From Dehalococcoidales bacterium (lineage in GTDB: Bacteria > Chloroflexota > Dehalococcoidia > Dehalococcoidales > UBA5627): a DNA stretch of 64,000 nucleotides. Below are positions 18,192 to 27,579 of the stretch, one piece after another. The notes below the pieces were generated by a model. That model searched no databases. It had not been told where the DNA came from and was given only the letters and a program-made list of their open reading frames with translations. The position numbers and the translations under genes are program-made. Numbering within the stretch: position 1 is the first letter of the stretch; every line of letters begins with the position of its first letter. The stretch covers positions 5,539 through 69,538 of the forward strand of contig JAQTUQ010000005.1 of NCBI GenBank assembly GCA_028707255.1, read 5' to 3'.

Positions 18192-18596
18192 ATGAAAATA
18201 CTGGTTGCCAGTAGCGATATAGACCTAACTGAATATATTTATGACGCACTGAATATTTGCCAACCGGATTGGGAACTATCGATTACCGATTCCGGTAAGC
18301 AATGCCTTGAGACAGTTAGAAACGGAAATTGCCCGGATATTATCTTACTGGGCATAAAAATAGATGTCCACTGCCTCAAATTGATAGAAATGATTCGTGA
18401 CTGTTCAGACGTGTTGATTATCGTTTTTTCCGGCGATAAAGACATCGATACACTAACAAAGGCTTTCAATGCAGGTGCCAACGACTATATAGTGAAACCA
18501 TTTAACAAATCCGTTTTCATAGCACGTTTAAAAGCACTATATAGAAGAAGGGTATGGGATACGCAGGCGATTGAAAAAATACAGGAAAGCCCGTAA
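18192..18596 (+). CDS. Stand-alone receiver (REC) domain lacking the phospho-acceptor Asp
   Basis: CheY-like fold signatures are retained (IIVFSG, YIVKPF). The DD pocket reads SS (ILVASSD) and the D57-equivalent reads G (DIILLGIKI). Confidence 0.7.
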   Translation: MKILVASSDIDLTEYIYDALNICQPDWELSITDSGKQCLETVRNGNCPDIILLGIKIDVHCLKLIEMIRDCSDVLIIVFSGDKDIDTLTKAFNAGANDYIVKPFNKSVFIARLKALYRRRVWDTQAIEKIQESP

Positions 18597-18658
18597 AAGA
18601 GCAAGACTGATTACTCCCGTATGGTTCCTATCAATCATGATTGCTAGGAATAAAAATT

Positions 18659-18721
18659 CGACGCCGCTATGGATTCGACAAGCTTCGCTCATCCTGAGTT
18701 TATCGAAGGACACGAGCGGCG
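18659..18721. repeat. Family-C'/C composite hairpin
   Basis: CGACGCCGCTATGGATTCGACAAGCTTCGCTCATCCTGAGTTTATCGAAGGACACGAGCGGCG. Confidence 0.8.
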
Positions 18722-18879
18722 TTAATCTTAAGCCGCTTGCTTGGGTCTCAATTTAATCGGAAAAGGGACTAAGAGCGGAAGACCCCGAGATTGATCAAAA
18801 TGAGCCCTTTCAAAAAATTTACAATGCTACTCGATAGCAAGTCGCACACTCCCCTCCCACAGTCTGTTATAATAAGGCT

Positions 18880-21609
18880 ATGAAAAAGATACTGCTCATC
18901 GACGGCAATGCCCTCGTGCACCGTGCCTATCATGCCATGCCGCCCCTGACCGTCAAGAAAACCGGCGAGCAGGTAAATGCCGTTTACGGCTTTACCAATA
19001 TGCTCCTGCGAATATTAAACGAATTGAAGCCTGATTATTATGCCATCGCCTTCGACCGCAAGGCCCCGACCTTTCGCAAGGAAATGTTCGAAGCTTATAA
19101 AGCCAACCGCCCGCCGACACCGGACGACCTCGTCAGCCAGCTTGCCCGGTCTAGAGAACTGGCTTCATCTTTCAGTATCCCTATCTTCGAGATGGACGGA
19201 TACGAAGCGGACGATGTTATCGGCACGCTCAGCAAAAAAGCAACTGAAAAGGGTATCGAAAGTGTCATCGTCACCGGCGATGCCGATGCCATGCAACTGG
19301 TATCGCCGCAGGTAAAGGTACTTTATCCCAAACCGCAAAGCTCTTTCGGCGACACGATTTTGTACGAAGCTGAGACCGTTAACGAAAGGTACGGTGTACC
19401 TCCCGAACATATCGCCGATCTGAAAGCGCTGGTGGGTGATAAATCAGACAATATCCCCGGCGTAAACGGCATCGGCGATAAAACCGCCGTTAAGCTGATT
19501 CAGAGCTTCGGCGGGGTGGAAGATATCTACAAACACATAGACGAAGTAACACCAGTGAAACTGCGCGAGAAATTGCAGCAGAGCGAGGAAATCGCACGCA
19601 AGTGCAAGTTACTGGCAACCATTGCCCGGGATATGCCGATTGAACTTGACCTCGATGTTTCCGATATCAATAACTTCGACCGCAATAAGGCTGTGGCATT
19701 CTTCCATGAACTGGAGTTTACGAAGCTGCTTTCGCGGCTTCCGGGAACGGAACCCGTAAAACCGGAGAAGACGGCCTGCCCGCAGCTAAGCTTCGATATG
19801 TCAGAAAAAGTCGAGATTCAATACAATATAGTCTGCTCAACCGAAGCGCTGGATAAACTGGTAAAAAGGCTGAAAGAAAAAGGGACATTCGCTTTCGATA
19901 CCGAGACGACCGGATTAAACACGCTGACCGATAAACTGGTAGGCATATCGCTCTCTCCCGCTCACGGCGAAGCCTATTATATCCCCATAGGTCATATCGG
20001 CTGGGAACAGGTACAGCAACTGCCGGTGGAACAGGTTATTAAAAAGCTAAAACCCGTTTTCGCAGATGAAAAGATAAAAAAAATTGCTCATAATGCCAAG
20101 TTCGATATGGAGATTCTGGCGGAATACGGTATAAGCGTTGACAATCTGGTTTCCGATACCATGATAGCCGCATACCTGCTGGGAGAGAAATCGCTGGGCT
20201 TGAAAGCGCTGGCTTTCAACCGCTTGGATATCGAGATGACGGATATTACCGAGCTTATCGGCTCCGGCAAGAATCAGATCAATATGTCGCAGGTGGAAGT
20301 ATCCGTTGCCGGTAAATACGCCTGCGCCGATGCCGACAACACCGGCAGGCTGGATAAGCTCTTTACGGCAGAATTGAAAGAACAGAACCTGTGGCAACTC
20401 TATGCCGATGTTGAAATGCCGCTGGCGCCGATTTTAATGCAGATGGAGCGGCAGGGAATTGCGCTGGATACCAACCTGCTAAAAGAGATGTCGGGCAGGC
20501 TCGGGAAAAGGCTGCTGGAACTGGAAGAGGATATCTACGGTAAAGCCGGACGCCGCTTTAATATTAATTCAACACAGCAGCTAAGCCCGGTTTTATTTCA
20601 GGAACTCAAATTACCATCGGCGCGCAAGACCAAGAGCGGATTTTCCACCGATGCCTCCGTTTTAGAGGAACTGAGGGGACAACACCCGATTATAGAACTG
20701 ATTCTGGAATACCGCCAGTTGACCAAGCTGAAATCGACCTATGTCGATGCCCTGCCCCAGCTGGTTAACTCGAAGACAAAACGGCTGCATACCAGTTTTA
20801 ACCAAACGAAGACGACCACCGGAAGGCTTTCCTCCAGCGACCCCAACCTGCAAAACATCCCCGTGCGCGGCGAAATGGGCAGGGAAATCAGACAGGCTTT
20901 CATCGCACCACCCGGCTATCAATTACTGTCTGCCGACTATTCGCAGATAGATTTGAGAGCACTGGCACACCTTTCGGGCGACCCGGAGCTTTTAGAAACT
21001 TTCGCTAGCGACGGAGATATTCATACCGATACAGCTATCAGGCTCTTCGGAGTGGAGAAAGATAAAGTTACAGCCGATATGCGGCGGCTGGCAAAGACCG
21101 TCAACTTCGGCGTCATTTACGGTATGAGCGGATACGGGCTGGAACAGGCTACCGAGTTCAGCCGCGAAGAAGCGGAGAAGTTCATCAGCGCCTATTTTGA
21201 GAAATACCCGCGCGTTAAAGAATATATGGAAGAAACCAAAAAACAGGCGCGTGAACTGGGGTACGTGCAGACCATTCTGGGAAGGAAAAGGTTGATACCG
21301 GAGGTAAATTCGTCAAACCGAAACCTGCGCGAAGCCGCCGAGCGCATGGCAATCAATATGCCGGTTCAGGGGACTTCCGCCGATATTATAAAAGTGGCTA
21401 TGGTCAAACTGGACAGGGAAATGGCAAAACACTCCTTAAAAAGCTCGATGCTGTTGCAGGTGCACGACGAGCTTATCTTCGAAGTCCCCGATGATGAGAT
21501 GGATAAGATGCAGAAGCTGGCGGCAAAAGTGATGTCGGAAGCCATCGCACTCAGCATACCATTAAAAGTGGAGACCAAGACCGGCAGGAACTGGGGGCAG
21601 ATGGAGTAG
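18880..21609 (+). CDS. polA: DNA polymerase I
   Basis: 909 aa with 5'-3' exonuclease, 3'-5' exonuclease and family-A polymerase domains (RRLAKTVNFGVIYG, QVHDELIFE). Confidence 0.97.
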   Translation: MKKILLIDGNALVHRAYHAMPPLTVKKTGEQVNAVYGFTNMLLRILNELKPDYYAIAFDRKAPTFRKEMFEAYKANRPPTPDDLVSQLARSRELASSFSIPIFEMDGYEADDVIGTLSKKATEKGIESVIVTGDADAMQLVSPQVKVLYPKPQSSFGDTILYEAETVNERYGVPPEHIADLKALVGDKSDNIPGVNGIGDKTAVKLIQSFGGVEDIYKHIDEVTPVKLREKLQQSEEIARKCKLLATIARDMPIELDLDVSDINNFDRNKAVAFFHELEFTKLLSRLPGTEPVKPEKTACPQLSFDMSEKVEIQYNIVCSTEALDKLVKRLKEKGTFAFDTETTGLNTLTDKLVGISLSPAHGEAYYIPIGHIGWEQVQQLPVEQVIKKLKPVFADEKIKKIAHNAKFDMEILAEYGISVDNLVSDTMIAAYLLGEKSLGLKALAFNRLDIEMTDITELIGSGKNQINMSQVEVSVAGKYACADADNTGRLDKLFTAELKEQNLWQLYADVEMPLAPILMQMERQGIALDTNLLKEMSGRLGKRLLELEEDIYGKAGRRFNINSTQQLSPVLFQELKLPSARKTKSGFSTDASVLEELRGQHPIIELILEYRQLTKLKSTYVDALPQLVNSKTKRLHTSFNQTKTTTGRLSSSDPNLQNIPVRGEMGREIRQAFIAPPGYQLLSADYSQIDLRALAHLSGDPELLETFASDGDIHTDTAIRLFGVEKDKVTADMRRLAKTVNFGVIYGMSGYGLEQATEFSREEAEKFISAYFEKYPRVKEYMEETKKQARELGYVQTILGRKRLIPEVNSSNRNLREAAERMAINMPVQGTSADIIKVAMVKLDREMAKHSLKSSMLLQVHDELIFEVPDDEMDKMQKLAAKVMSEAIALSIPLKVETKTGRNWGQME

Positions 21610-21612
21610 CCC

Positions 21613-22248
21613 TTGAGCATCTACCGCATTGCTTATCTAATGCTGCTTGTCCTGCTGGCATTTATTATTATCGCTGTTATCTCTGGCATGAGCTTCCCCG
21701 GCGATACAGTGGTCGATAACTGGATAAACAGCATCCAATCCGGCTTTTTAGACTCGGCCATGCCGGTTGTTTCGTATCTGGGGGCATTCCCATACTGTAT
21801 CATTGCCAGCCTGCTTAGCGGACTGATATTCTGGTTGTTGAGAAAGAGAATAGAAGCGCTGTTTATCGCCGGCATACCCTATATCGGCGTCGTTATCAGC
21901 TACGTGCTGAAATTCCTTATCGACAGACCGAGGCCGCTGGGGGATTCGCTGGAAAACAGTTTTCCCAGCGGGCATACTATCTTCGTTTTTATTCTGATGG
22001 GACTGTTAATCTATTTTCTGCCTCAGGTGGTAAAAAACAAGGCATGGCGCATTGCGCTGCAAATTCTGGCGGGACTGTTGATAGCGCTGACGGGTTTATC
22101 AAGATTGTATCTTCAGCAACACTGGTTAAGCGATGTCTTATCCGGCCTGATAATAGGTGTACTTGTTCTCGTTCCTGCTATAATCTTCTATAAATACGTA
22201 TCGAAAAGAGAAATCAAATGCCTGAGCTTCCTGAAGTCGAAACCATAA
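21613..22248 (+). CDS. PAP2-family membrane phosphatase
   Basis: KFLIDRPRP, PSGHT and SRLYLQQHWLSDV motifs. TTG start. 31-nt overlap with mutM. Confidence 0.85.
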   Translation: MSIYRIAYLMLLVLLAFIIIAVISGMSFPGDTVVDNWINSIQSGFLDSAMPVVSYLGAFPYCIIASLLSGLIFWLLRKRIEALFIAGIPYIGVVISYVLKFLIDRPRPLGDSLENSFPSGHTIFVFILMGLLIYFLPQVVKNKAWRIALQILAGLLIALTGLSRLYLQQHWLSDVLSGLIIGVLVLVPAIIFYKYVSKREIKCLSFLKSKP

Positions 22249-23030
22249 AAAACGACCTCGAACCGCATGTCACGGGAAGAAAGATTAAGAGCGTTACCTT
22301 ACTTTGGGAGCGAACGCTGCAGCAGCCCTCGAAAGAGGAATTCGAGCGTATCATAAAAAATCAGAAGATTACCGGTATGGACCGGCGCGGCAAATATCTG
22401 ATATTCAACCTCGAGAGCGGTTATAAGTTGATAATGCATATGAGGATGAGCGGTTCGCTGATGCTGGGGCATGACAATCCCCCACCCCACACCCGCACTG
22501 TAATTCATCTGGACAACGATACTGAAATCTATTTCAACGACCCGCGCAAGTTCGGAAAGATACAACTTGTAAAAGACTGCCAATGCGTGCTGGGAAAACT
22601 GGGAGTAGAGCCGCTTAGCGATGAGTTTACCATACTGGCATTGACCGAAATTCTCAGCAAACGCAAATCCCCTGTAAAATCAGTATTGTTGGACCAATGC
22701 CTGATTGCCGGAATCGGCAATATGTATGCCGATGAAGCCCTGTTTGCTTCCAAAATCCACCCGACCAGGCACACCGATTCGTTGACGGGAGAAGAAATCG
22801 AAGCGCTGCACCGGGCGATACAGGACGTTTTGAGACTGGGCATTAAAAACAAGGGCGCCAGCGTCACCAATTATTTCAGACCGGACGGTGAGACGGGAAC
22901 TGCCCACAAGCAGTTCAAGGTTGCCCACTGCAAGGATAAGCCCTGCCCTGTCTGCCGGACTCCGCTTGAGCGTATCCGCGTTCATCAGCGCGGCACCTAC
23001 TTCTGTCCGAATTGCCAGAAGGAAAAATAA
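22218..23030 (+). CDS. mutM: Formamidopyrimidine-DNA glycosylase
   Basis: N-terminal MPELPEVE. C-terminal zinc finger CPVC...CPNC. Confidence 0.95.
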   Translation: MPELPEVETIKNDLEPHVTGRKIKSVTLLWERTLQQPSKEEFERIIKNQKITGMDRRGKYLIFNLESGYKLIMHMRMSGSLMLGHDNPPPHTRTVIHLDNDTEIYFNDPRKFGKIQLVKDCQCVLGKLGVEPLSDEFTILALTEILSKRKSPVKSVLLDQCLIAGIGNMYADEALFASKIHPTRHTDSLTGEEIEALHRAIQDVLRLGIKNKGASVTNYFRPDGETGTAHKQFKVAHCKDKPCPVCRTPLERIRVHQRGTYFCPNCQKEK

Positions 23031-23031
23031 C

Positions 23032-23134
23032 TGTCATCCTGGAGGGAGTGAAACGACCGAAGGATCTGGGGGGTGAAAATAAGCCCCCTTCCCCAGATGC
23101 TTCATCCCGACAGGTCGGGATTCCAGCATGACAA
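23032..23134. repeat. Family-A paired-hairpin element (H3 + inverted H1)
   Basis: TGTCATCCTGGAGGGAGTGAAACGACCGAAGGATCTGGGGGG ... CCCCAGATGCTTCATCCCGACAGGTCGGGATTCCAGCATGACA, starting 1 nt after the mutM stop. Confidence 0.85.
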
Positions 23135-23185
23135 ACCAATACTTTTTAACCTTTATGCCCGCAATGACATTTTATCGCCGACTAT

Positions 23186-23214
23186 TTGGCTCTATTGGTA
23201 AAAACTGCTATAAT
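23186..23214 (+). promoter_or_regulatory. Sigma-70-like promoter for the 42-aa ORF
   Basis: TTGGCT, 17-nt spacer, consensus TATAAT. Confidence 0.6.
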
Positions 23215-23251
23215 TATGCTTTAACTAACAGGAAGAGGGTGAATTATTTAA

Positions 23252-23380
23252 ATGGCGACTAAAAAAGCAACAGCAGCAGAAAAAGAAGAACTCAGGAAAT
23301 TTATTGAGAACGTCAATAAGAAAGATACCAAGCGCAACGGTAAGAAAATCGAGTTTTCTTTTACCAACCGCAAGAGATAA
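23252..23380 (+). CDS. Small basic protein, 42 aa (MATKKATAAEKEELRKFIENVNKKDTKRNGKKIEFSFTNRKR)
   Basis: Below the ORF-track cutoff. GGAAGAGGG SD about 12 nt upstream of the ATG, own promoter and own intrinsic terminator. Confidence 0.55.
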   Translation: MATKKATAAEKEELRKFIENVNKKDTKRNGKKIEFSFTNRKR

Positions 23381-23409
23381 TACTTTCCAATCATGTAAAT
23401 CCCGGATAG

Positions 23410-23459
23410 TTCCGCTGACAGTCCGCTTATCTACATATGGACTCAGCGGAATATTTTTA
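23410..23459 (+). terminator. Intrinsic terminator after the 42-aa ORF
   Basis: TTCCGCTGA(CA)GTCC ... GGACTCAGCGGAA stem followed by TATTTTTA. Confidence 0.7.
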
Positions 23460-23563
23460 TACCACAATAATTAAAAATAAAGCGCCCCTGCCCAATCACT
23501 TCAAATATGATTACAGGAACCGCTTTTTAATTTCCCGGATTCAGGCTTCCCCGCTAAGGGGCA

Positions 23564-24040
23564 TTATTTTTCGACCGGTATTACTATGCGTGTCGCAAGT
23601 TTTTTCTCAGAAACACCACCGGGGGAATTGAAATAGTATTCGTAATAAAGCCCCTTCGGTGTGCATTTGTTTTCGCCTATCCACTCAAAAATTTTTTCAT
23701 AGACCGGTTTCAAATCGGTATATGGGCCTTCATGCATATAAACGACGGCATCGCCGGAAACAGTCTCCCCTGCTTTTATATCATCCTTACCGGGCAAATT
23801 CACGGAAACGGGAACACCCAGTTCGATATCGATATCCTGCGTACCCAACCTGTGATAGGCGGCAAACGGAGCATCGGCCGGCGTTTCTCCCAGCTCGGCC
23901 AGATAATCGGCAATTCTGCGATAACTATCGTTAATAAGAGCCGGCAAATCCCCTATAGTGGTCACCACCCTTACGGACAGTACCGGCTTCGCTCCCATGC
24001 TCGTTAGTTCAATTTTCGATTCCACCAACATTCCCTCCAT
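23564..24040 (-). CDS. GyrI-like (AraC effector-binding fold) small-molecule-binding protein
   Basis: 158 aa. Pattern of the SbmC/GyrI-like duplicated beta-alpha-beta-beta fold (GPYTDLKPVYEKIFEWI, YYEYYFN). Recognition is from memory only. Confidence 0.6.
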   Translation of the reverse strand: MEGMLVESKIELTSMGAKPVLSVRVVTTIGDLPALINDSYRRIADYLAELGETPADAPFAAYHRLGTQDIDIELGVPVSVNLPGKDDIKAGETVSGDAVVYMHEGPYTDLKPVYEKIFEWIGENKCTPKGLYYEYYFNSPGGVSEKKLATRIVIPVEK

Positions 24041-24057
24041 TAAAATAATTTAGATAG

Positions 24058-25044
24058 CTAAATTTCAAAAGCGAAAGGATGTCCTTTGCGCTCGAAATCA
24101 GGTACATAGTACTCCGCGGCTTCCAGTTGCTGCACCCAGCCATTCTCCATGCCGAGTTCAACCACCAGGTTGAATACCTCATCGAATTCCTGCTGCGAGA
24201 TACTTCGCGAAAGCGACGGCAATTCCAGGGTGCGGTGCACCGGGTGATACTGGGACATTACGCTGATGGTTACCTCCGGCGATAGCTCCCCTGCCAGCCA
24301 CTTAAGCACTTCCCTGCTATCGGATAAACGATTAGGAAGTATGAGATGGCGCACAATCAGCCCGCGCTGCGCAATACCGCTGTCATCGATGATAAGATTA
24401 CCTACCTGCCGGTACATTTCCTTGATGGCAGCTTGAGCTGTCTCGACATAATTGGCAGCGCCGGATAATTCCAGCGCATTTTTATTATCGAAATACTTGA
24501 AATCAGGCAGGTAGATATCGATAATGCCGTCCAGTTCTCTAAGAGTTTCCAGGCTGTCGTAGCCGTTGGTATTATAGACCAGCGGTATATTAAACCCCAG
24601 CGGCACTGCTTCCAGGAGAGCTTCGACTATCTGCGGTACGAAATGCGACGGAGAAACCAGATTGATGTTATGGCAGCCGAGCTCCTTTTGCAAGTAGAGC
24701 ATATTTTCTGCCAGCTTATGACATGTTATCTCATTCGCTTTTTGCTTAATCCAGTTCTGGCTGATCTGATGGTTCTGGCAATAGAGGCAGCGCAGGTTGC
24801 AGTTAGCAAAAAATATTGTCCCCGAACCGCGACTCCCCGAAAGAACAGGCTCCTCGCCATGATGGTCGCAATAAGAGGAAACGATGGGCAACACTCCCGA
24901 ATGGCAATATCCCGTTTCACCACTAAGACGGTTGACACCGCAATCTCTTGGACAGATATCACAGGAAGCAAGCCTTCTACCAAGCCGCTCTGCCCGCTTT
25001 GCAAGTTCGCCTGATTCGTAAAGGGAAATATATCTGCAAATCAT
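24058..25044 (-). CDS. Radical SAM protein, PflX-like (COG1313)
   Basis: CNLRCLYCQN CxxxCxxC motif. The N-terminal YESGEL...CPRxCGVNR Cys cluster is typical of PflX-type activase-like proteins. Confidence 0.8.
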   Translation of the reverse strand: MICRYISLYESGELAKRAERLGRRLASCDICPRDCGVNRLSGETGYCHSGVLPIVSSYCDHHGEEPVLSGSRGSGTIFFANCNLRCLYCQNHQISQNWIKQKANEITCHKLAENMLYLQKELGCHNINLVSPSHFVPQIVEALLEAVPLGFNIPLVYNTNGYDSLETLRELDGIIDIYLPDFKYFDNKNALELSGAANYVETAQAAIKEMYRQVGNLIIDDSGIAQRGLIVRHLILPNRLSDSREVLKWLAGELSPEVTISVMSQYHPVHRTLELPSLSRSISQQEFDEVFNLVVELGMENGWVQQLEAAEYYVPDFERKGHPFAFEI

Positions 25045-25210
25045 AGATATGACCTCATAAAAATTTGATTATGGCTAATACTACTTATTATCACTGCTGT
25101 TTGCTGTATCTACTGAAATCATTTCTTGTTACAGCAGGACACCAAGATTAAAACAGGGAGTTATCTATTCTTGGAAACCATATAATCATCACTCATACTG
25201 TGTGTTACCA

Positions 25211-25352
25211 CTCCCCATATCTCTCCCTTTAGCAAAGGGAGATTAAGAGGAATTTTGGCTTTAATACGTTTATACCTCATAACAAGGCTGCGGCTATTGC
25301 AAAATCGGAGCAAATCTCCCTCACTCCCTCTTTTCCAAAGAGGGAAAGTACC
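25211..25352. repeat. Two family-E hairpin modules
   Basis: CTCTCCCTTTAGCAAAGGGAGAT and CTCCCTCTTTTCCAAAGAGGGAAAG. Confidence 0.7.
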
Positions 25353-25434
25353 ACAGATGTTTAAGTCATATACAACACCTGACATCTGTGATGAGGCAAC
25401 TAATAAAGCCATAATCGCACTTGACCACCAGATA

Positions 25435-26922
25435 TTACCCGGCTGTTTTATCCTTTGCCTTGTCGAGAACCGCCAGCGCTTCTTTAATTCGCTTCATACA
25501 TCGCTCTTTACCGAGCACCGCCATTGTCTGAAACAGCGGAGGTGCCACTTCACTACCGGTGGTTGCCGACCTCAGCGTACCGAATAACTGCCCGGTCTTA
25601 ACCGCCAATGCCTCTGCCATCGGTCTCAAGACGGTTTCGAGCGATTCCTCGCTAAACTCGGGGAGCTCATCGAGTCCTTTCAATGCAGTCTCCAGAATTA
25701 CCTTTGTCGTCTCGAGAGTTGTCTTTTTGGCAACGAGAATATTCGGGTCATATTCAAGATTATCGATAAAAAAGAACTCGGTCAGTTCCGCTATTTCATT
25801 CAGCTTTTTAACCCGCTCCTGCACCAGCGGAGCGATTTTTTTGATGTAGTCTAAAGACAGCGGCCTTTTAACGTCGGGCGGCAGGTCTCTTTCGAGGAAC
25901 GGGACTACCCTCTGCGAAAAATCGTCTATTTTAAGGTCGCGGATGTAAACCCCGTTCATCCAGTCCAGCTTTTCGATATTAAAAATGGCTCCGGTAGAGT
26001 TTACACGCCCCAGCGTAAAGTTCTTGATGATTTCCTTGACCGTCATCAATTCGGTTTTTCCGTCCAGAGACCAGCCCAAAAGCGACAGGAAGTTCAGCAT
26101 AGCTTCCGGCAGATATCCCTGCTCCTTGTATTCAATTATGGATACCGAACCGTGACGCTTGCTGAGCTTCGACCGGTCGGTGCCGAGCAGCATCGGCAGA
26201 TGGGCAAACTCGGGCGGTTTATATCCCATAGCCTTATAAAGCATCAGGTGGCGGGGGGTGCTCGAAAGCCATTCCTCAGCTCTTAATACATGGGTTATCT
26301 CCATTTCATGGTCGTCGACGATGCTGGCAAGGTGATAAGTCGGAAATCCGTCGGATTTTATGATAACGAAGTCATCGATGGTTGAATTTTCAAAGGAAAC
26401 ATCACCGCGTATAATATCGTGAAAGGCGGTTTTACCCGCCAGCGGTGTGCGGAAACGCACTACTCTTTTCATCCCCGACATCCATTTCAAAGTACTCTCC
26501 GGAACGGACAAATCACGGCAACGTCTGTCATATCCCGGAGGCTGTTTGTTTTTCATCTGCTCGTTGCGCATTTCATCAAGGCGTTCCGGTGTGCAATAGC
26601 AATAGTAAGCATCACCCTGTTCTATCAGCTTTTTGGCGGCGGCTTTATATTTATCCAGCCGTTGTGACTGCACATAAGGACCGAACTTGCCGCCGACTTC
26701 CGGGCCTTCATCCCAATCAATACCCAGCCAGCGAAGCCCGTCGAGAATAGCCTCGACAGCGCCCTCTACCGTGCGTGCGACATCGGTATCCTCGATACGC
26801 ACGATGAAACTGCCTCCGTGGTGACGGGCAAACAGCCAGTTGAACAAAGCCGTTCTGATATTGCCCACATGGGGGTAGCCGGTGGGGCTGGGGGCATAGC
26901 GTACTCTGATTTTATCACTCAT
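25435..26922 (-). CDS. gltX: Glutamate--tRNA ligase
   Basis: HIGH-type motif PSPTGYPHVGN and KMSKS-type KLSKRHG. Confidence 0.95.
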   Translation of the reverse strand: MSDKIRVRYAPSPTGYPHVGNIRTALFNWLFARHHGGSFIVRIEDTDVARTVEGAVEAILDGLRWLGIDWDEGPEVGGKFGPYVQSQRLDKYKAAAKKLIEQGDAYYCYCTPERLDEMRNEQMKNKQPPGYDRRCRDLSVPESTLKWMSGMKRVVRFRTPLAGKTAFHDIIRGDVSFENSTIDDFVIIKSDGFPTYHLASIVDDHEMEITHVLRAEEWLSSTPRHLMLYKAMGYKPPEFAHLPMLLGTDRSKLSKRHGSVSIIEYKEQGYLPEAMLNFLSLLGWSLDGKTELMTVKEIIKNFTLGRVNSTGAIFNIEKLDWMNGVYIRDLKIDDFSQRVVPFLERDLPPDVKRPLSLDYIKKIAPLVQERVKKLNEIAELTEFFFIDNLEYDPNILVAKKTTLETTKVILETALKGLDELPEFSEESLETVLRPMAEALAVKTGQLFGTLRSATTGSEVAPPLFQTMAVLGKERCMKRIKEALAVLDKAKDKTAG

Positions 26923-26971
26923 AAGTATACTTTCCTGTTAAGCACCTATTATAACAGATTCGCAAATCTTT

Positions 26972-27493
26972 TTACGCCCCGACGCCTGTCGGGTTGGGAT
27001 TTGTAACCTTGATTTTAGGCTGCGGCACTATAACCACAAACGTCCCGGCAATTTTATCATGAAAGCCCTGTTTTTGCTTATCGAAGGCAATCCAGATAAA
27101 ACCGAAAAACAGTACTGCTGTGGATATAATGTAACCAAGATACCTTAATAATGCAAGCCCAAAGGTTAGATTGGAGCCGTCGGGACGAATAACCTTGATA
27201 TTCATTACCATTTTTCCCAGGGTTTGACCGCGCCAGGCCCAGAATATGACAAAATAACCGATTACAATCACAATTAATAATATGTTGCCTAATATAAACT
27301 GGGGCAGAATCAGCCAGTCCGAAATAGCTTCAAATATATCCGGATTCCACAGCCTGATGTATCCCAGCTGCCGAAATGGCATACAAATGGAGGAAATAAC
27401 CGATAAAACCGCCGCATCGATTAAAAAAGCGGCAAATCTTCGCCAGAAGCCGGCAAATTCGAGAACAATACCGCCAGATTCTTCCTGCATCAT
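26972..27493 (-). CDS. RDD-family membrane protein
   Basis: FWRRFAAFLIDAAV N-terminus and a conserved D near the C-terminus (GFHDKIAGT). Confidence 0.8.
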   Translation of the reverse strand: MMQEESGGIVLEFAGFWRRFAAFLIDAAVLSVISSICMPFRQLGYIRLWNPDIFEAISDWLILPQFILGNILLIVIVIGYFVIFWAWRGQTLGKMVMNIKVIRPDGSNLTFGLALLRYLGYIISTAVLFFGFIWIAFDKQKQGFHDKIAGTFVVIVPQPKIKVTNPNPTGVGA

Positions 27494-27579
27494 TATCCCC
27501 CCGCCGAAAAAGCTTTACAAAATGTTAACTATATTTTATCACCACAGAAGTTAACAATCTAGGTATGAATCCGGACACA

